Made by a program: the position numbers and the translations under genes
Notes under the pieces: generated by a model
What the model saw: only the letters and a program-made list of their open reading frames with translations
What the model was told of the DNA's origin: nothing
Database searches by the model: none
Part shown: positions 29,781 through 42,763 of the stretch, in pieces
Numbering within the stretch: the stretch's first letter is position 1
How the letters are laid out: each line of letters starts with the position of its first letter
DNA from: the human T2T-CHM13v2.0 reference genome, Homo sapiens
Strand: one strand, 5' to 3'
DNA: 64,000 bases
NCBI RefSeq assembly: GCF_009914755.1
Contig: NC_060942.1

Positions 29781-31331
29781 CCACATAGAGTCATTTTTTA
29801 CAAAATGCTTCATCCCCTGCTCTTGGCAAGGTAGCGTCAGGAAGGGTGAGATGCTGCAGTGCTCCATGGCTACTGTTTTGCTTGTAAGAAACAGTTCAGT
29901 TTCCCGATATTCAGGAATGTTTCCTCTCTGCCTGTTGTTGCTCGAGTGTTGTGGGAGGATGTCTCCTTGTCCTACTAAGTGTCCTGCTAAGCTCCCACTT
30001 TATAATAGGCAGCTCAGCCTTCTGCCTGCTGAACACTTGGTTGAATGTGTAACAGTTCTTCATTTACTCACCATCCGAGTATGTGCTTTTGGGAGGTGTT
30101 GTGATGGGCCATTCAGCTCAGTACACGCCCCACGCTGCTGTGTGTGAGGGTGCAGGGATGAATGGCGTGTACCCTCGGGACCCTGCAGCTCAGTCCTCAG
30201 CGTCTTCATCTGGACACCCCGCTCCCCTCCCTCCCTCCCTCCCCTTTCCTTGCTTTTTCTCTCCATAGAAGTAAAAATTATCTGAAACTTTAATTCCTCC
30301 TCCTCTCCCCACAACCTAGCCCTCAACAAAAGCCAAAAACCATTCCCTAAACATTCAAGTTTGTTTAGAATTTTTTTTAAATATATTTTTCTTTAGGAAA
30401 AAAAATACTTTTCTATAATTTATGTTACGTTTTTAGTTACTGAGCATGGCTAATTCATGAACTCTCATCACTAGTTTTATCTAAAGTTTATATAAAGTTG
30501 AAATAAAACAAAGTTTTATTTTATATATACAAACCTTATTGCCTCTAATTGTGGAAATAGTGCTGGGGAACAGAGAAGTCATTTGATAGAAAAAGGGCAT
30601 AGTTTAGAAGTAATTTTGGCTAAAGAGCCCCTTTTTCTGGTTCACTTATTTGAACTCAGAAAATTCAGAGTTCTGAATTTGGGGAAACAATTTGAAACAT
30701 TTCTATGATGAAGCATGTTTTCCAGATTTTAAGGTCAGTGGAGATGCTGTGACAGGAAACCTGGTTAATACTGCTTTTGTAATACCACAGTCCATCCCCT
30801 TTACGTGGTACATATGCCAGGGATTCCATACATGAACCCTGAGGGTCCAGCATGGCTGCAAAAACCATCTAGCACTTAGCACCCGTATCTTCACCCAGTT
30901 TCAGAGTTAAGGTGCCATACACGCTTAAGATGTTTCCTTTTATACTTTTTCTGTATAAATCTCTTATTAGTTATAGCATGAATTATGTGCCAGTTTTTAT
31001 ATTGGCTTAGAAAATATATTTTTGCACAATTCATTTCATTTCTCTTGAAATAATCACTGTCTTGGCTTTAAAAAAATTATAGTTAACAAATTTATTTTAA
31101 TCTATCAAAAAAGTTATTACTTCTTGTTGCACAAGCTACTTCAGCAGCCTTTGAGCATTGTTTTATTTTGTAATGTGTGGGCTTTACAATTTTTATTTCA
31201 TTTTTAATAGACATATATATTTATGAGATACAATGTAATGTTTTGGTATATGTATACAATGCTGCTTTTATGGTTAACTTCTTGCTTTTCCTAAAGGTTT
31301 GCCACCTAAAAATTGCATATATAAATATATG

Positions 31332-31614
31332 CAGTCATCTCTTGGTTCCCATGGGGGATTGGTTCCAGCACCCTCCATGGATACCAGAACGCATGTGTAC
31401 CCAAGTCCCACAGTGGGCCCTGCAAAACCTACCCGTGGGACAAGTGGACCCTCCATGTCTGCGGGGTTCGCCTCCCAGGAATACTGTGTTTTGATGCATG
31501 TTTGGTTGCAGGTGCAGAGCCCTCAGATACGGAGGGTTGACTTGACTTACTAAAAAGAGTCCATATCTGAGAGGACTTGCACAGTTCAAACCTGTGTTGT
31601 TTGAGGGTCAGCTG
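31332..31614. mobile_element. MER8-like Tigger MITE
   Basis: cagtcatctcttgg...gggggattggttccagcaccc...cagttcaaacctgtgttgtttgagggtcagctg. Confidence 0.8.
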
Positions 31615-31913
31615 TGAATTAGTTTTTCCTGTTTTGCTAGTTTCTATAATTGAAATCATACTGGATGTTTTCTTTTTGTCTTATTCCTTTTGTTTTACAT
31701 GGCTGTGTACAGGACGTTGTGTTGTCTTCTTCTCATTTCTTGCAGCTTGTCATTCTCTTGCATGAGCACACTCCAGTGTATTCAGTGATCCTTTCTGCTG
31801 TTTTGGGGTTTGGGTTGCTTCCAGTTTTTTTACAGTGAGCAGCAGTGCTGCTATTAACATTTCATGATGTGTACTCCACACGTTAGCACCCTGGTATAAG
31901 ATATCTAAGAGCA

Positions 31914-32249
<336 letters not shown>

Positions 32250-33050
32250 TTATTTGCCAAATTTACCAGATAATGTTTAACTGTTTTTCAAAGTGTTTGT
32301 ACCAATTTACCATTCCAACATCAGTGTGGAGAATAGTTCACATCCTCAGCAACACTTAATATAAGTGGGCTTCTCATTGCAGTTTTAATGATCATTTCCC
32401 AGATTGATAATGAGACTAAACAATTATGCACATATATATTAGCTATTTAGATTTTCTCTTTTGTGAACTTTCTAAGTCTTTTGTCTGGTGTTCTGAGCAG
32501 CTTGCAGTTATTTATATATTTTAGATGCCAAGGCTTTCTCGGCTTATGTTTTGCTGATATCTTTCTCAATCTGTAGTTTGACTTTTTACTCACCCATTGG
32601 TGAAATTATGAAAAAACAGTTATTGATTTTACATGCCAAATATATGAGGTTTTTTTTTGTTGGTTATCACTTTTTATGTTGTTTAAAAAATCCTTCCCTA
32701 CTCCAAGGAGATGAAACTCTCCTCTTACATTATCTTCTAGAAGCTTAACTGTTTTTCCTTTGACCACTGTAAGTGTTTTTTGTTTTTTTTTTTGATATAT
32801 ATGGTGTGAAGTACAGTTTTTAAATACCATATTTCTGCAAACCAATTGTCTCAGCACCAGTTATAGAAAAGACTTTTCCCAGTGACCTAGTGCCCCGTCT
32901 GCCATGTACCAAGCATTTGTATACACATGGGCCTGTTTTGGTTACCTGTTCTGTTCCCTTGGACTGTTTTTGTATTCTCGCCAAATAACAAACTGTGTTT
33001 GTTAACAGACTTTTATAATAGTTCGATGTTTGATAGAACAAGTCTATCCT

Positions 33051-34185
33051 CATGTGCAGGTTTGTGATATAGGCAGACTTGTGTCATGGGGGTTTGTTGT
33101 ACAGATTATTTCATCACCCAGGTATTAAGCCTAGTACTCATTAATTATTTTTGCTGATACTCTCCCTCCTCCCACCCTCCAGCCTCCGACAGGCCCCAGT
33201 GTGCGTTGTTCTCTTCTGTGTGTTCTCACATTTAGTGTGTTCTCACCATTTAGCTCCCAGTTTTAAGTGAGGACATGTGGTATTTGGTTTTCTGTTTCTG
33301 CGATAGTTTGCTAAGGATAATGGCCTCCAGTTCCATCCATGTTCCTGCGAAGGACATGATCTCATTCTTTTTTATGGCTGTATAGTATTCCATGATGTAG
33401 ATGTACCACATTTTCTTTATCCAGTCTGTCATTGATGGGCATTTAGGTTTATTCCTTGTTGGTTGGGCTGGTCTCAGACTCCTGACCTCCTGATCTGCCC
33501 GCCTCGGCCTCCCAAAGTTCTGGGATTACAAGCGTGAACCACCACGCCTGGCCCGATGTTGAGCTTTTTTTCATATGATTGTTGGCTGCATGTTTGTCTT
33601 CTTTTGAAAAGTGTCTTTTTGTCCTTTGCCTACTTTTTAGTGGGGTTGTTAGTTTTTTTCTTGTAAATTTGTTTAAGTCCCGTTTAGGTGCTGGATATTA
33701 AACCTTTGTCAGATCTGTAGTTTGCAAAAAAATTTTCTCCCACTCTGTAGGTTGTCTGTTCACTCTGCTGTTAAGTTTTTTTTTTGATGTGCAGAGATTC
33801 TTCAGTTTATTGAGATCTCATTTGTCAATTTTTGCTTTTGTTGCAGTTGCTTTTGGTATCTTCATCATAAAATCTTCACCCATGCCTGTGTCCTTGATGT
33901 CTCCATCATAAAATCTTCACCCATGCCTGTGTGCTTAATGTCATTGCCTAGGTTGTCTTCCAGGATTTTTATAGTTTGAGTTTTTGCATTTAAGTCTTTA
34001 ATTCATCTTGAGTTTGTTTTTGTATATGGTGTAAAGAAGGGGTCCGGTTTCTCTCTTCTGCAAATGGCCAGCCAGTTATCTCAGCACCATTTATTGAATA
34101 GGGAGTCCTTTTCTCATTGCTTGTTTTTGTCAGGTTTGTGGAAGATCAGATGGTTGTAAGTGTGCAGTCTTAGTTCTGGGTTCTC
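33051..34185 (-). mobile_element. Older primate L1 (about L1PA11-16) 3' fragment
   Basis: gtgtcatgggggtttgttgtacagattatttcatcacccaggtattaagcc 3'UTR; ORF 33250-33432 is the L1 ORF2 C-terminus (DWIKKMWYIY). Confidence 0.85.
33457..33553 (-). mobile_element. Alu left-arm remnant inside the L1
   Basis: gggctggtctcagactcctgacctcctgatctgcccgcctcggcctcccaaag...cacgcctggcc. Confidence 0.85.
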
Positions 34186-37100
34186 TATTCTGTTTCATTC
34201 ATCCTTGTGTTCTTTAAAGAGTGTTTTAGGTCTTCTTGGCCATGAATATGGTGTATCTCTCAATTTTTTTTAGGTCTTCTCTAAAATAAGTCTTCTCAAA
34301 TTTTGTTAGAGCGGTTCTTAGATACTTGGGATTTTTAAAATGATGTCGTAAATATCGTTCTTAAAGGAACCATTTCCTCTCTTTTTGCTGATGTAAAGAA
34401 ATAAAATTAATTTTTATAAAATTATTGACTATCAATCTTGGTAAAAATCCTATTGATTTTATTTATTAATCTAGGTGTATTAAATTTTTTCTATATATAA
34501 TCATATCATCAGTAAATAATAACAGCTTTTTTTTTGTTCAGTTCTTTGCACCATTTATTTCTTTTCCTTGTTTCTGCAGCAAAGATCTTCAGTATGTTGT
34601 TAAAGAAAAGTGATTATAATAAACATTCTTCTTTTGTTCCCATCCTCAAAGGCAAAACTTTCAACACTTTGTCATTTAAGTATGCTATAAGTTTGTTTAT
34701 AGAAGCCTTTTAATGCCTTAAGGACATTTTTCTGTTCCTATTTTGCTAAAAGTTGTTTTAAATCATGAATGTATTTTAGGAAATATTTTTCTAAATCTAT
34801 TGAGGATTTTTCATCTTTAAATTTTTCTTCTTTAATGTATTAACACGGTAAATGATATTGATTGACTTTCTAGTGTCATACCAACCTTGTATTTCTGGGG
34901 GCAAAACCCCAACATAATGATGGTATGTTAGTATTTTGTTTATTATTAGATTCCATTTACTTGTATTTTCTGTGAGATTTTTACATTGATTTACAGGAGT
35001 GAAATTGACATGTAATTTTTAATTTTCATACCATTTTTGTGGAGTTTGGTATCTGGATTATGCTAGTCTCATAAAAATATTTTTTTTTCTCATTTTCTTT
35101 CTCTAAAATAATTTATCTAAAATTGGAATTGTTTATTTCCTGAACATTTACATAAGAAGAAGGCCATGTGAGCCTCAACTTTTTACTGTGGAACATTTTT
35201 GACACATTGATTTAGTTATGGGACTATTCAAGTTTTTAATTTCTTGAGTCAGTTTTGCAAAGTTATAGTTTTCAATTCGTAATCAAGTATTTAAATTTTC
35301 AGTTTTATTTACAACAGTTTGTTCATATTTTCCTGTTATCCCTGACATACATAGGATCTGTGATATGAGCCTTTTTAATTCTTCATACTTGTTATTTCTG
35401 CCCTTTTTGCTTTCTTTTTTTTCCTGACCACTCTTCCAATAGGTTTGCCAGCTTTCATTTCTTATGGAAATACCTACTCTTGTCTTTATGTATTCTTTGA
35501 GCTGTGTATTATTTTCCTATTTCATTAATGTTTTCTTACTTATCTATTTCCTCCTTGATTAGTTTTCACCTTCTGCCCCCTTTGTGAATATATGTATTGG
35601 AGGCTATAAATTTTTCTGTAAGTACTACTTTGGTTGCATTTCAAAAGTTTTCATATGTAGTATTTTTGTTATTGTTAAGTACAGAATATTTTAATTTCGA
35701 CGTGATTTCATCTTTGACCCATGCTTATTACAAACTTATTTCTTATCTTAATTTATAAGCATAGTTGAGAAATTTCTAATACATCTTTGTTCATTTTTAG
35801 TTTGATTGTATTTTTCTCAGAGAACATACCTTTTTAACTTCAGATCTATGAAATGTGTTGAGACTTGTTCTAGGGTCCAATATTTAGTCCATTTTTATAA
35901 ACATTCTGTGTGTGCTTCAAAACAACTTGCATTCCCAATTGTTGGTCACAGGATCTCATCTGTGTGATCAGATCTAGATTCTTAATCTTGTTTTTCAGTT
36001 TCTGTCTACCACAAGGGTTTTTCTCTTTCATAAAAGTTGCTGAAATTTGTCAAAATCTCTCATCATTATTGTGACTTTGTCTATTTTTCCTTGGAATTCT
36101 GTTTATTTTTAGTATTTTATGTTTTGTGGCTTTGATATTGGATGCATACAAATTTAAATTGTTGTCTATATTCCTACTGGATTAAGCAGTTTCTCATTAT
36201 AAAGTGACTTTCTTTATCTCTACTAAAGCTTTTTGCATTAAATTCTACTTTGTTTTGTGTTAATGTAGCAATGCCAGCTGTCTTTAATTTCTTTGGCATA
36301 TCTTTTTCCATCTTTTTACTTCCAACTTCTCTGTATATTTATTTTTATGTGTCTCTTGTAATTAGCGTACATCTTGTATTAGCATGCCATCTTGTAATTG
36401 GTTTAATTTTTATCTAAATTTGATAATTTTTGACTAGAGTATTGCATATTCAATTATTATAATACTGTTTATATTTTTAGTTTAAATCTGCTGTTTTATT
36501 TTGTGCTTTTAATATGACTTACCTGTTCAATATTTTTCTCCTTTCTTGCCATTTTATTATTTTTTTGTAATGCAACTTTTTTCTCCAGCAGTTTAGAAGT
36601 TATGTAAGTGGTTTCTGTTCTTTTAGTAGTTACCCTAGAAGTTAAAAACCTTCTTAACTTATCAGAGTTAAAAGTCAGTTCCCTTAAGCATTTAACTTAA
36701 TTTGCTCCCTTCTGGACTTACACCATTTTTGTCATTTATTTTAATTCTAGTTGTTCTTAAACCCCAAAGAAAACCCTGGTTATTCTTAAACCTAACAATA
36801 TCACTGATTTTGTTTATACATTCTCCATCATTTTGGTTTATCCACGTTTCGGTTCGTAATGTCTTCTTGCATCTTAGAGTAGAGTAATTTGCCTTCTGTT
36901 AGAAATGTGTTCGCTTTTTGTGCTTTTGGTGCTGGTCTGTTCTGAACTCTCAATTCTTGCTTGGCCATCCTTCTTGGAAAATAGTTTCATTGGGTATAGA
37001 ATTCTAGGCTGTCACCTTTCTTTTTTGTCTTCTGTTACTGCTTTTAAGACTTCACTTCTTTGGGTCCTTCCATCTCTTCCAGCCGCTTTTCTATCCTCTC

Positions 37101-38411
37101 CTCATTGGTGGCATTGTACGCTCTACCCTACATAATGTGTTGAGGTACGATGTTTCTTTTTAAACAGTACTTAGGATTTGTTGGGCTTCTTGACTCTAGA
37201 TTCTTTTATTCATTCTAGAAAGTCCGCCATCATCTCTTCAGATGCTGCCCCGTCCCCACCTGTCGCGTCCTGCTCTGGGACATGGGGTCAGGGCTTGGTC
37301 GATGTCCTCACTGTGTCCCCACGCGGGACATGAGGTCAGGGCTTGGTCACTGTCCTCGCCACACCTTTGTTTCCGCTGCTCTCGCTGCTGCACTTTCTGC
37401 TTTTTTTGCTTGCATGCTTCATTTTGTATCATCCTCACTGACCTGTCCAACAAGTACTCATTCTTTGACTGTGTGTAATCAGCTGTTAAACTAAGGAATT
37501 TCTTAATTTTAATTATTGATATTTCTTAGTTCTAAAAATTCTGGTTGGTTTCTTTATCACATTGATTATTTCATTTTTAAAGTTGCCTATTCCACACAAA
37601 CATTTAAAAAAATTTTTTATGTATCCGTTTGTTTTATAATCTGTATCAATATCAGATACCTTTGTCAATCTTTTTATGTTGTATTTTGGTCTTCTGGCTC
37701 TTGCTTCTGGTGTCTTGTTTTGCTCTGTGTTATGTGGTAGTGTTTGTTGTTACGGTGTTTTTGGTAATTGTATTTGAAAAACTAATTATAGGAATCATTT
37801 GGGAACAAAGATGGAGGTTCATTTCCTAAGACATACACACTTGCTTCTGCTGTGTACTTGGAGATACCCTCTGTCTTGGAGCATCTTCATTCAAGATTCC
37901 AAGTCACTGGAAATGTGTTCAGGAAATGTGAACCTGACTTCAGCTCCACAAGCAGGCTCACTGGCCTGCGCCTGCTGGCCCTGCCTTCCCTGAGGCGCAT
38001 CCTTGCCTCCATAGTTTTAGTGAGGTTAGTGTTACCATTGGATAGAAAACTAAGCTTTTCTAACCTTGAAAAGCTCCTGCTTATCCTCCTTGCGGCCTTT
38101 AGCCGGCTCCCGTTTGCCTGGTCAGCTTTGTTACTAGCACTTAACATAATCACTGCCCTCTTGGTTCTGGGGGACTTGCCGCTTGTCTTTGCCATTCCTT
38201 TCTTCTTAGCCTTTTGGAGACATTTTGTTTTAAGGTGTAGCTCTTAAATTGCATAAATCAGTATTTATTTATTTTTAAACTAAAAGTGCTAGCCTTTAAT
38301 AGGAATATTTCTTCCTTTCACAATCCTGGCATAGGTGTTCAGCCTTGCTCCTGCATTCTTGCGCGTTCATTTATATTTATATGCACACATTCATCTATTC
38401 TATGTGGCAGC

Positions 38412-38443
38412 TGTGTGTGTGTGTGTGTGTCTGTGTGTGTGTG
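38412..38443. repeat. (TG)n microsatellite
   Basis: Seen directly. Confidence 0.85.
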
Positions 38444-39350
38444 TACACTGTGTATATGTTTGTACTGCTATACAGAATGTATTTTACTTTAAAATTTTTA
38501 AATTATTTGAAAATTGCAAAACTCTCTTAAAATTTGCCACTGCTTGACTTTATCCAATACATATTTAAACCTTGATTTCAAATATCAAAGTCAAGAACCA
38601 AACAATAACGTGTGACTCCTCTTAAATATAATGAGGATTTTAATCTTCATTTATTCTTTTTTTCTCCTTTGTACTTCCTAGTATTTGATCATTTAATCTG
38701 TACCTGCAAACCCTAATTTTATAGTTATTTCCTTTTAATATGGAAATCTTAACTTTCAACCAGCAATGATGGCTCTCCTTTGAGGTTGGCGCCCATGTTT
38801 GCTTAACAACATGGAGTCATTAATCTCGGTGCTCACCTTTCCCCATTCCTGAGTTTCCAATTTTGATTCATTCTCAACCAACCAGAGTACTTTTCAAACA
38901 GTGTTCTTGAGCTTGCCTGGGGAATGAAGCCCCATTTGTCCCCAGAGTTCAGGCACAGGCCCCTCTGTGTATTTCACAGTGACTTCCCACATGAAAGTCG
39001 GAAGAGTCCTGAGTGTGAGGGAAGCCCTGAAGCACTGTTTCCCAGTTGCCACAGCACCTGGTCCTGGGGGCCACTGTCAGTCTAAGCAGAAGGCCGGGAG
39101 TTGGCTGCACTGAAGACCAGCCCCTGTGAGCTGCATGTGCAGCAGGGAATGTCTTTTGCTTGCCACTTGTCTCTGGTCTTTCTTTGATTCAGCTCATCTT
39201 CAAAGCTGGTACTCAGCTTACTCTTCCGAAAACACCACTTTATTGCAAATCTCCAATCATCCCACACCCACTCAGAAACATTATAATGGGATTTAGAATT
39301 TTGCTTACACCAGTTTAAATGACTTTCTGTAATACTTTGCTGTATTTTCT

Positions 39351-40310
39351 TTATTATTATTATTATTATACTTTAAGTTTTAGGGTACATGTGCACAACG
39401 TGCAGGTTTGTTACATATGTATACATGTGTCATGTTGGTGTGCTGCACCCATTAACTTGTCATTTACATTAGGTATATCTCCTAATGCTATCCCTCCCCC
39501 AGCCCCCCACCCCACAACAGGCCCCGGTGTGTGATGTTCCCCTTCCTGTGTCCATGTGTTCTCATTGTTCAGTTCCCACCTATGAGTGAGAACATGCGGT
39601 GTTTGGTTTTTTGTCTTTGTGATAGTTTGCTGAGAATGATGGTTTCCAGCTTCATCCATGTCCCTACAAAGGACATGAACTCATCATTTTTTATGGCTGC
39701 ATAGTATTCCATGGTGTATATGTGCCACATTTTCTTAATCCAGTCTATCACTGATGGACATTTGGGTTGGTTCCAAGTCTTTGCTATTGTGAATAGTGCC
39801 GCAATAAACATACGTGTGCATTTGTCTTTATAGCAGCATGATTTATAATCCTTTGGGTATATACCCAGTAATGGGATGGCTGGGTCAAATGGTATTTCTA
39901 GTTCTAGATCCCTGAGGAATCACCACACTGACTTCCACAATGGTTGAACTAGTTTACAGTCCCACCAACAGTGTAAAAGTGTTCCTATTTCTCCACATCC
40001 TCTCCAGCACCTGTTGTTTCCTGACTTTCTAATGATTGCCATTCTAACTGGTGTGAGATGGTATCTCATTGTGGTTTTGATTTGCATTTCTCTGATGACC
40101 AGTGATGATGAGCATTTTTTCGTGTGTCTTTTGGCTGCATAAATGTCTTCTTTTGAGAAGTGCTTGTTCATATCCTTCACCCACTTGTTGATGGGGTTGT
40201 TTTTTTCTTGTAAGTTTGTTTGAGTTCATTGTAGATTCTGGATATTAGCCCTTTGTCAGATGAGTAGATTGCAAAAATGTTCTCCCATTCTGTAGGTTTC
40301 CTGTTCACTC
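39351..40310 (-). mobile_element. 5'-truncated L1PA4/5-like element (~0.96 kb)
   Basis: (tta)n tail, L1 3'UTR and ORF2 C-terminus; exact 13-bp TSD tgctgtattttct at 39338-39350 and 40311-40323. Confidence 0.93.
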
Positions 40311-40530
40311 TGCTGTATTTTCTGTGTCTTAGGACCCAAGACTACATTTGTTTGTCCTTACATCTTGTGCAATGGATGCAGATCAAATAGCATGCTTCCA
40401 TGTTTAGGGTGTATCTCTGCCTTTGTTCCAGCGGCACAGCATGTGTAAGCTGTGTGTCTGTGCATGCCTGATGCACCGTATGCGTGTATGTATGATGTGC
40501 CTGGTGCACATCTGCACTCCGGAGCCTTCC

Positions 40531-40788
40531 CTGAATCCTGCACGGATACGCTCCTGTCCCTGAGCTCTCTCCACTGAATCCTGCACGGATACGCTTCTCT
40601 CCCTGAGCTGTCTCCACTGAATCCTGCACGGATACGCTCCTGTCCCTGAGCTCTCTCCACTGAATCCTGCACGGATACGCTTCTCTCCCTGAGCTCTCTC
40701 CACTGAATCCTGCACGGATACGCTCCTCTCCCTGAGCTCTCTCCACTGAATCCTGCACGGATATGCTCCTCTCCCTGAGCCCTCTCCA
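40531..40788. repeat. VNTR: 6 copies of a 43-bp unit
   Basis: ctgaatcctgcacggatacgctyctstccctgagctctctcca at 40531, 40574, 40617, 40660, 40703, 40746. Confidence 0.95.
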
Positions 40789-41049
40789 CTATAGCTCAGG
40801 CTCTTCATTTGCCATAAACCCTCTAACTCTTCAGATCAGTGATCATTTCCTGTCATTGATTACTTGCTCCACTGTAACTCTCAGTCACCTTCTGTTATGC
40901 ATCATTCCTAATCCACACAATGACCATGGCACTCTACAGATGCTGTTCCCGAGGCTCAGAAAAATCAAGTCTGTCATTGGTCTAAGAAGGTTTGAAAATT
41001 AGGAATCAATACAGGTAAAACACAGTTACCTATGCCTCCTCCCTACGAA

Positions 41050-41450
41050 GCATGGAAGGCCAGTGGCTGTGGAACTTAGGAGGTTGAACTGGCAGGAGTT
41101 CTTGATTATCTGGATGCAGGCACTGGAAGGAAAAGGGAAATGGATTACTCTTGGTGTCTGGCTGCAGTGGCAGGTGGCCGTGCCAGTCGTTATGATGGAG
41201 AAACTTTCCACGCTGAGGAAGAGTACATGTGCGTGTTTTATTTTGTTTGGCCCATAAGGGGAGGAAGTAGGAATGTTAACACCCATTGTGTGTCTGTTCA
41301 TTTCAGGGTGTTTGTGATGAATCTAAGATATCTCATAGGAAATAGAACACGTGTGCATCTGAAGCCCGGAGAGAGGTCTAAACTAGGCCTCGACATTTTG
41401 GGTCTTGTCTCCACCATGGATCACACTGGTGGGACTCACCCAGGGAGAGT
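41050..41450 (-). mobile_element. Probable L2 fragment
   Basis: Degenerate purine-rich L2-like sequence (ggagagaggtctaaactaggc...ttttgggtc). Confidence 0.4.
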
Positions 41451-42524
41451 GTTTGGGCGCCGGCCCTGCCTCCCTAATATCCCATGAAAAATGGAAAGAT
41501 TTCACAGAGTGACAAATGCTGGGAAAAATTCAGATCACATGGCCTCTGTGTCCTTTCAGCTTTACGATCTGTAGGAAAAGATGTTAATTTCTTCGGTAAA
41601 ACTTCTGATTAAATGACTTCTGTTTCGTTTTGCTCAGATTAGAATCCAAAAAATAAGTCTGACAGAGGAACGCATGTGAATTATTTCAGGTAGTTTCATT
41701 CCCTGAGGAGAATCTCGCGCGATTCTCAGACAAGTTGTGGGACTGGGTTCACCTGGTAGTGATAAATGCTGCAGGTTTAATTATAACAAATTAGAGCTTA
41801 AATGTAGCAAGCATCGTGGTGCCTAAATAAGATTGCATGGTATATTTTAGGAAAACGCACTTCAAATTTTTCAGAGTCCAAGTTACCTCCTCAGACACTT
41901 TTGTAGCTGTGGAGCAGAAGGAACTTTTTGGACAATAGGGAGGTATAATTAAGAGATCTGACATTCCGAGATTTACGAATGCTTTCTTCCTGTAGCATAA
42001 AACAGGTTCATGTATCTTCCTACTCCTAACATTGCTGAACACAGTATTTGTTTAAGATAATTTATTTCATTTTTCATATTGCATAAAAGTCATGACTGCC
42101 TTTTGTTTCAGGTAACTGTCTGAAATGACAGGTACCTTTTTCCACTTATCTGGAACAGGTCTCTTGGTAACAATTTCACAGTTGCTAAATTAGCAATAAA
42201 ATGAGCTTAAAATATAGCTGGTATTGATTACTTTATAATCTATTTCTATAATTCTCAAAATACTAGGTTTAATATATATTGAGGGGGGTTGACATATTAT
42301 GTTACAGTATAGTACTTTACAGCTGAGTAGAGATCCAGGTTTTAAAATTCTATAAAATTAGAACATTACTAAAAATTACACATAATGCAGCAGTGATAGC
42401 TATACTCTGCCAACTTAGTGTTTGAAATCTGAGCATCATGGAGATTTTTAACGTTAAAGAGGAAATTGCTGTATTAACAATCAAAGTACATGTGAATCAC
42501 ATGCATATAAGCTGTCTACTCTGT

Positions 42525-42763
42525 ATGTAGTATTAAATGCTCCCGATGTGTTGTTATATACTCCTTATGTGGTATTAAATACCCCATGTGGTAGTATATG
42601 TGCCCTATGTGGTAGTATATGCATCCTATGTAGTATTACATACTCCCTATGTGGTATTAGATGCATTCTGTGTGGTATTATATGCAACCTGTGTGGTATT
42701 ATACAAAACCCGTGTGGTATTATACATGCTCTGTGTGGTATTACATACTCCCTATGTGGTATT
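42525..42763. repeat. Degenerate 21-bp minisatellite (~11 copies)
   Basis: tgtggtattayatrcnccyta periodicity. Confidence 0.85.

Noticed and set aside
29274-29867. 197-aa ORF; likewise the 195-aa ORF at 46785-47372
   Set aside because: The first lies in an MLT1 LTR and the second in degenerate repeat and duplicated sequence; no recognisable domain or exon signals.
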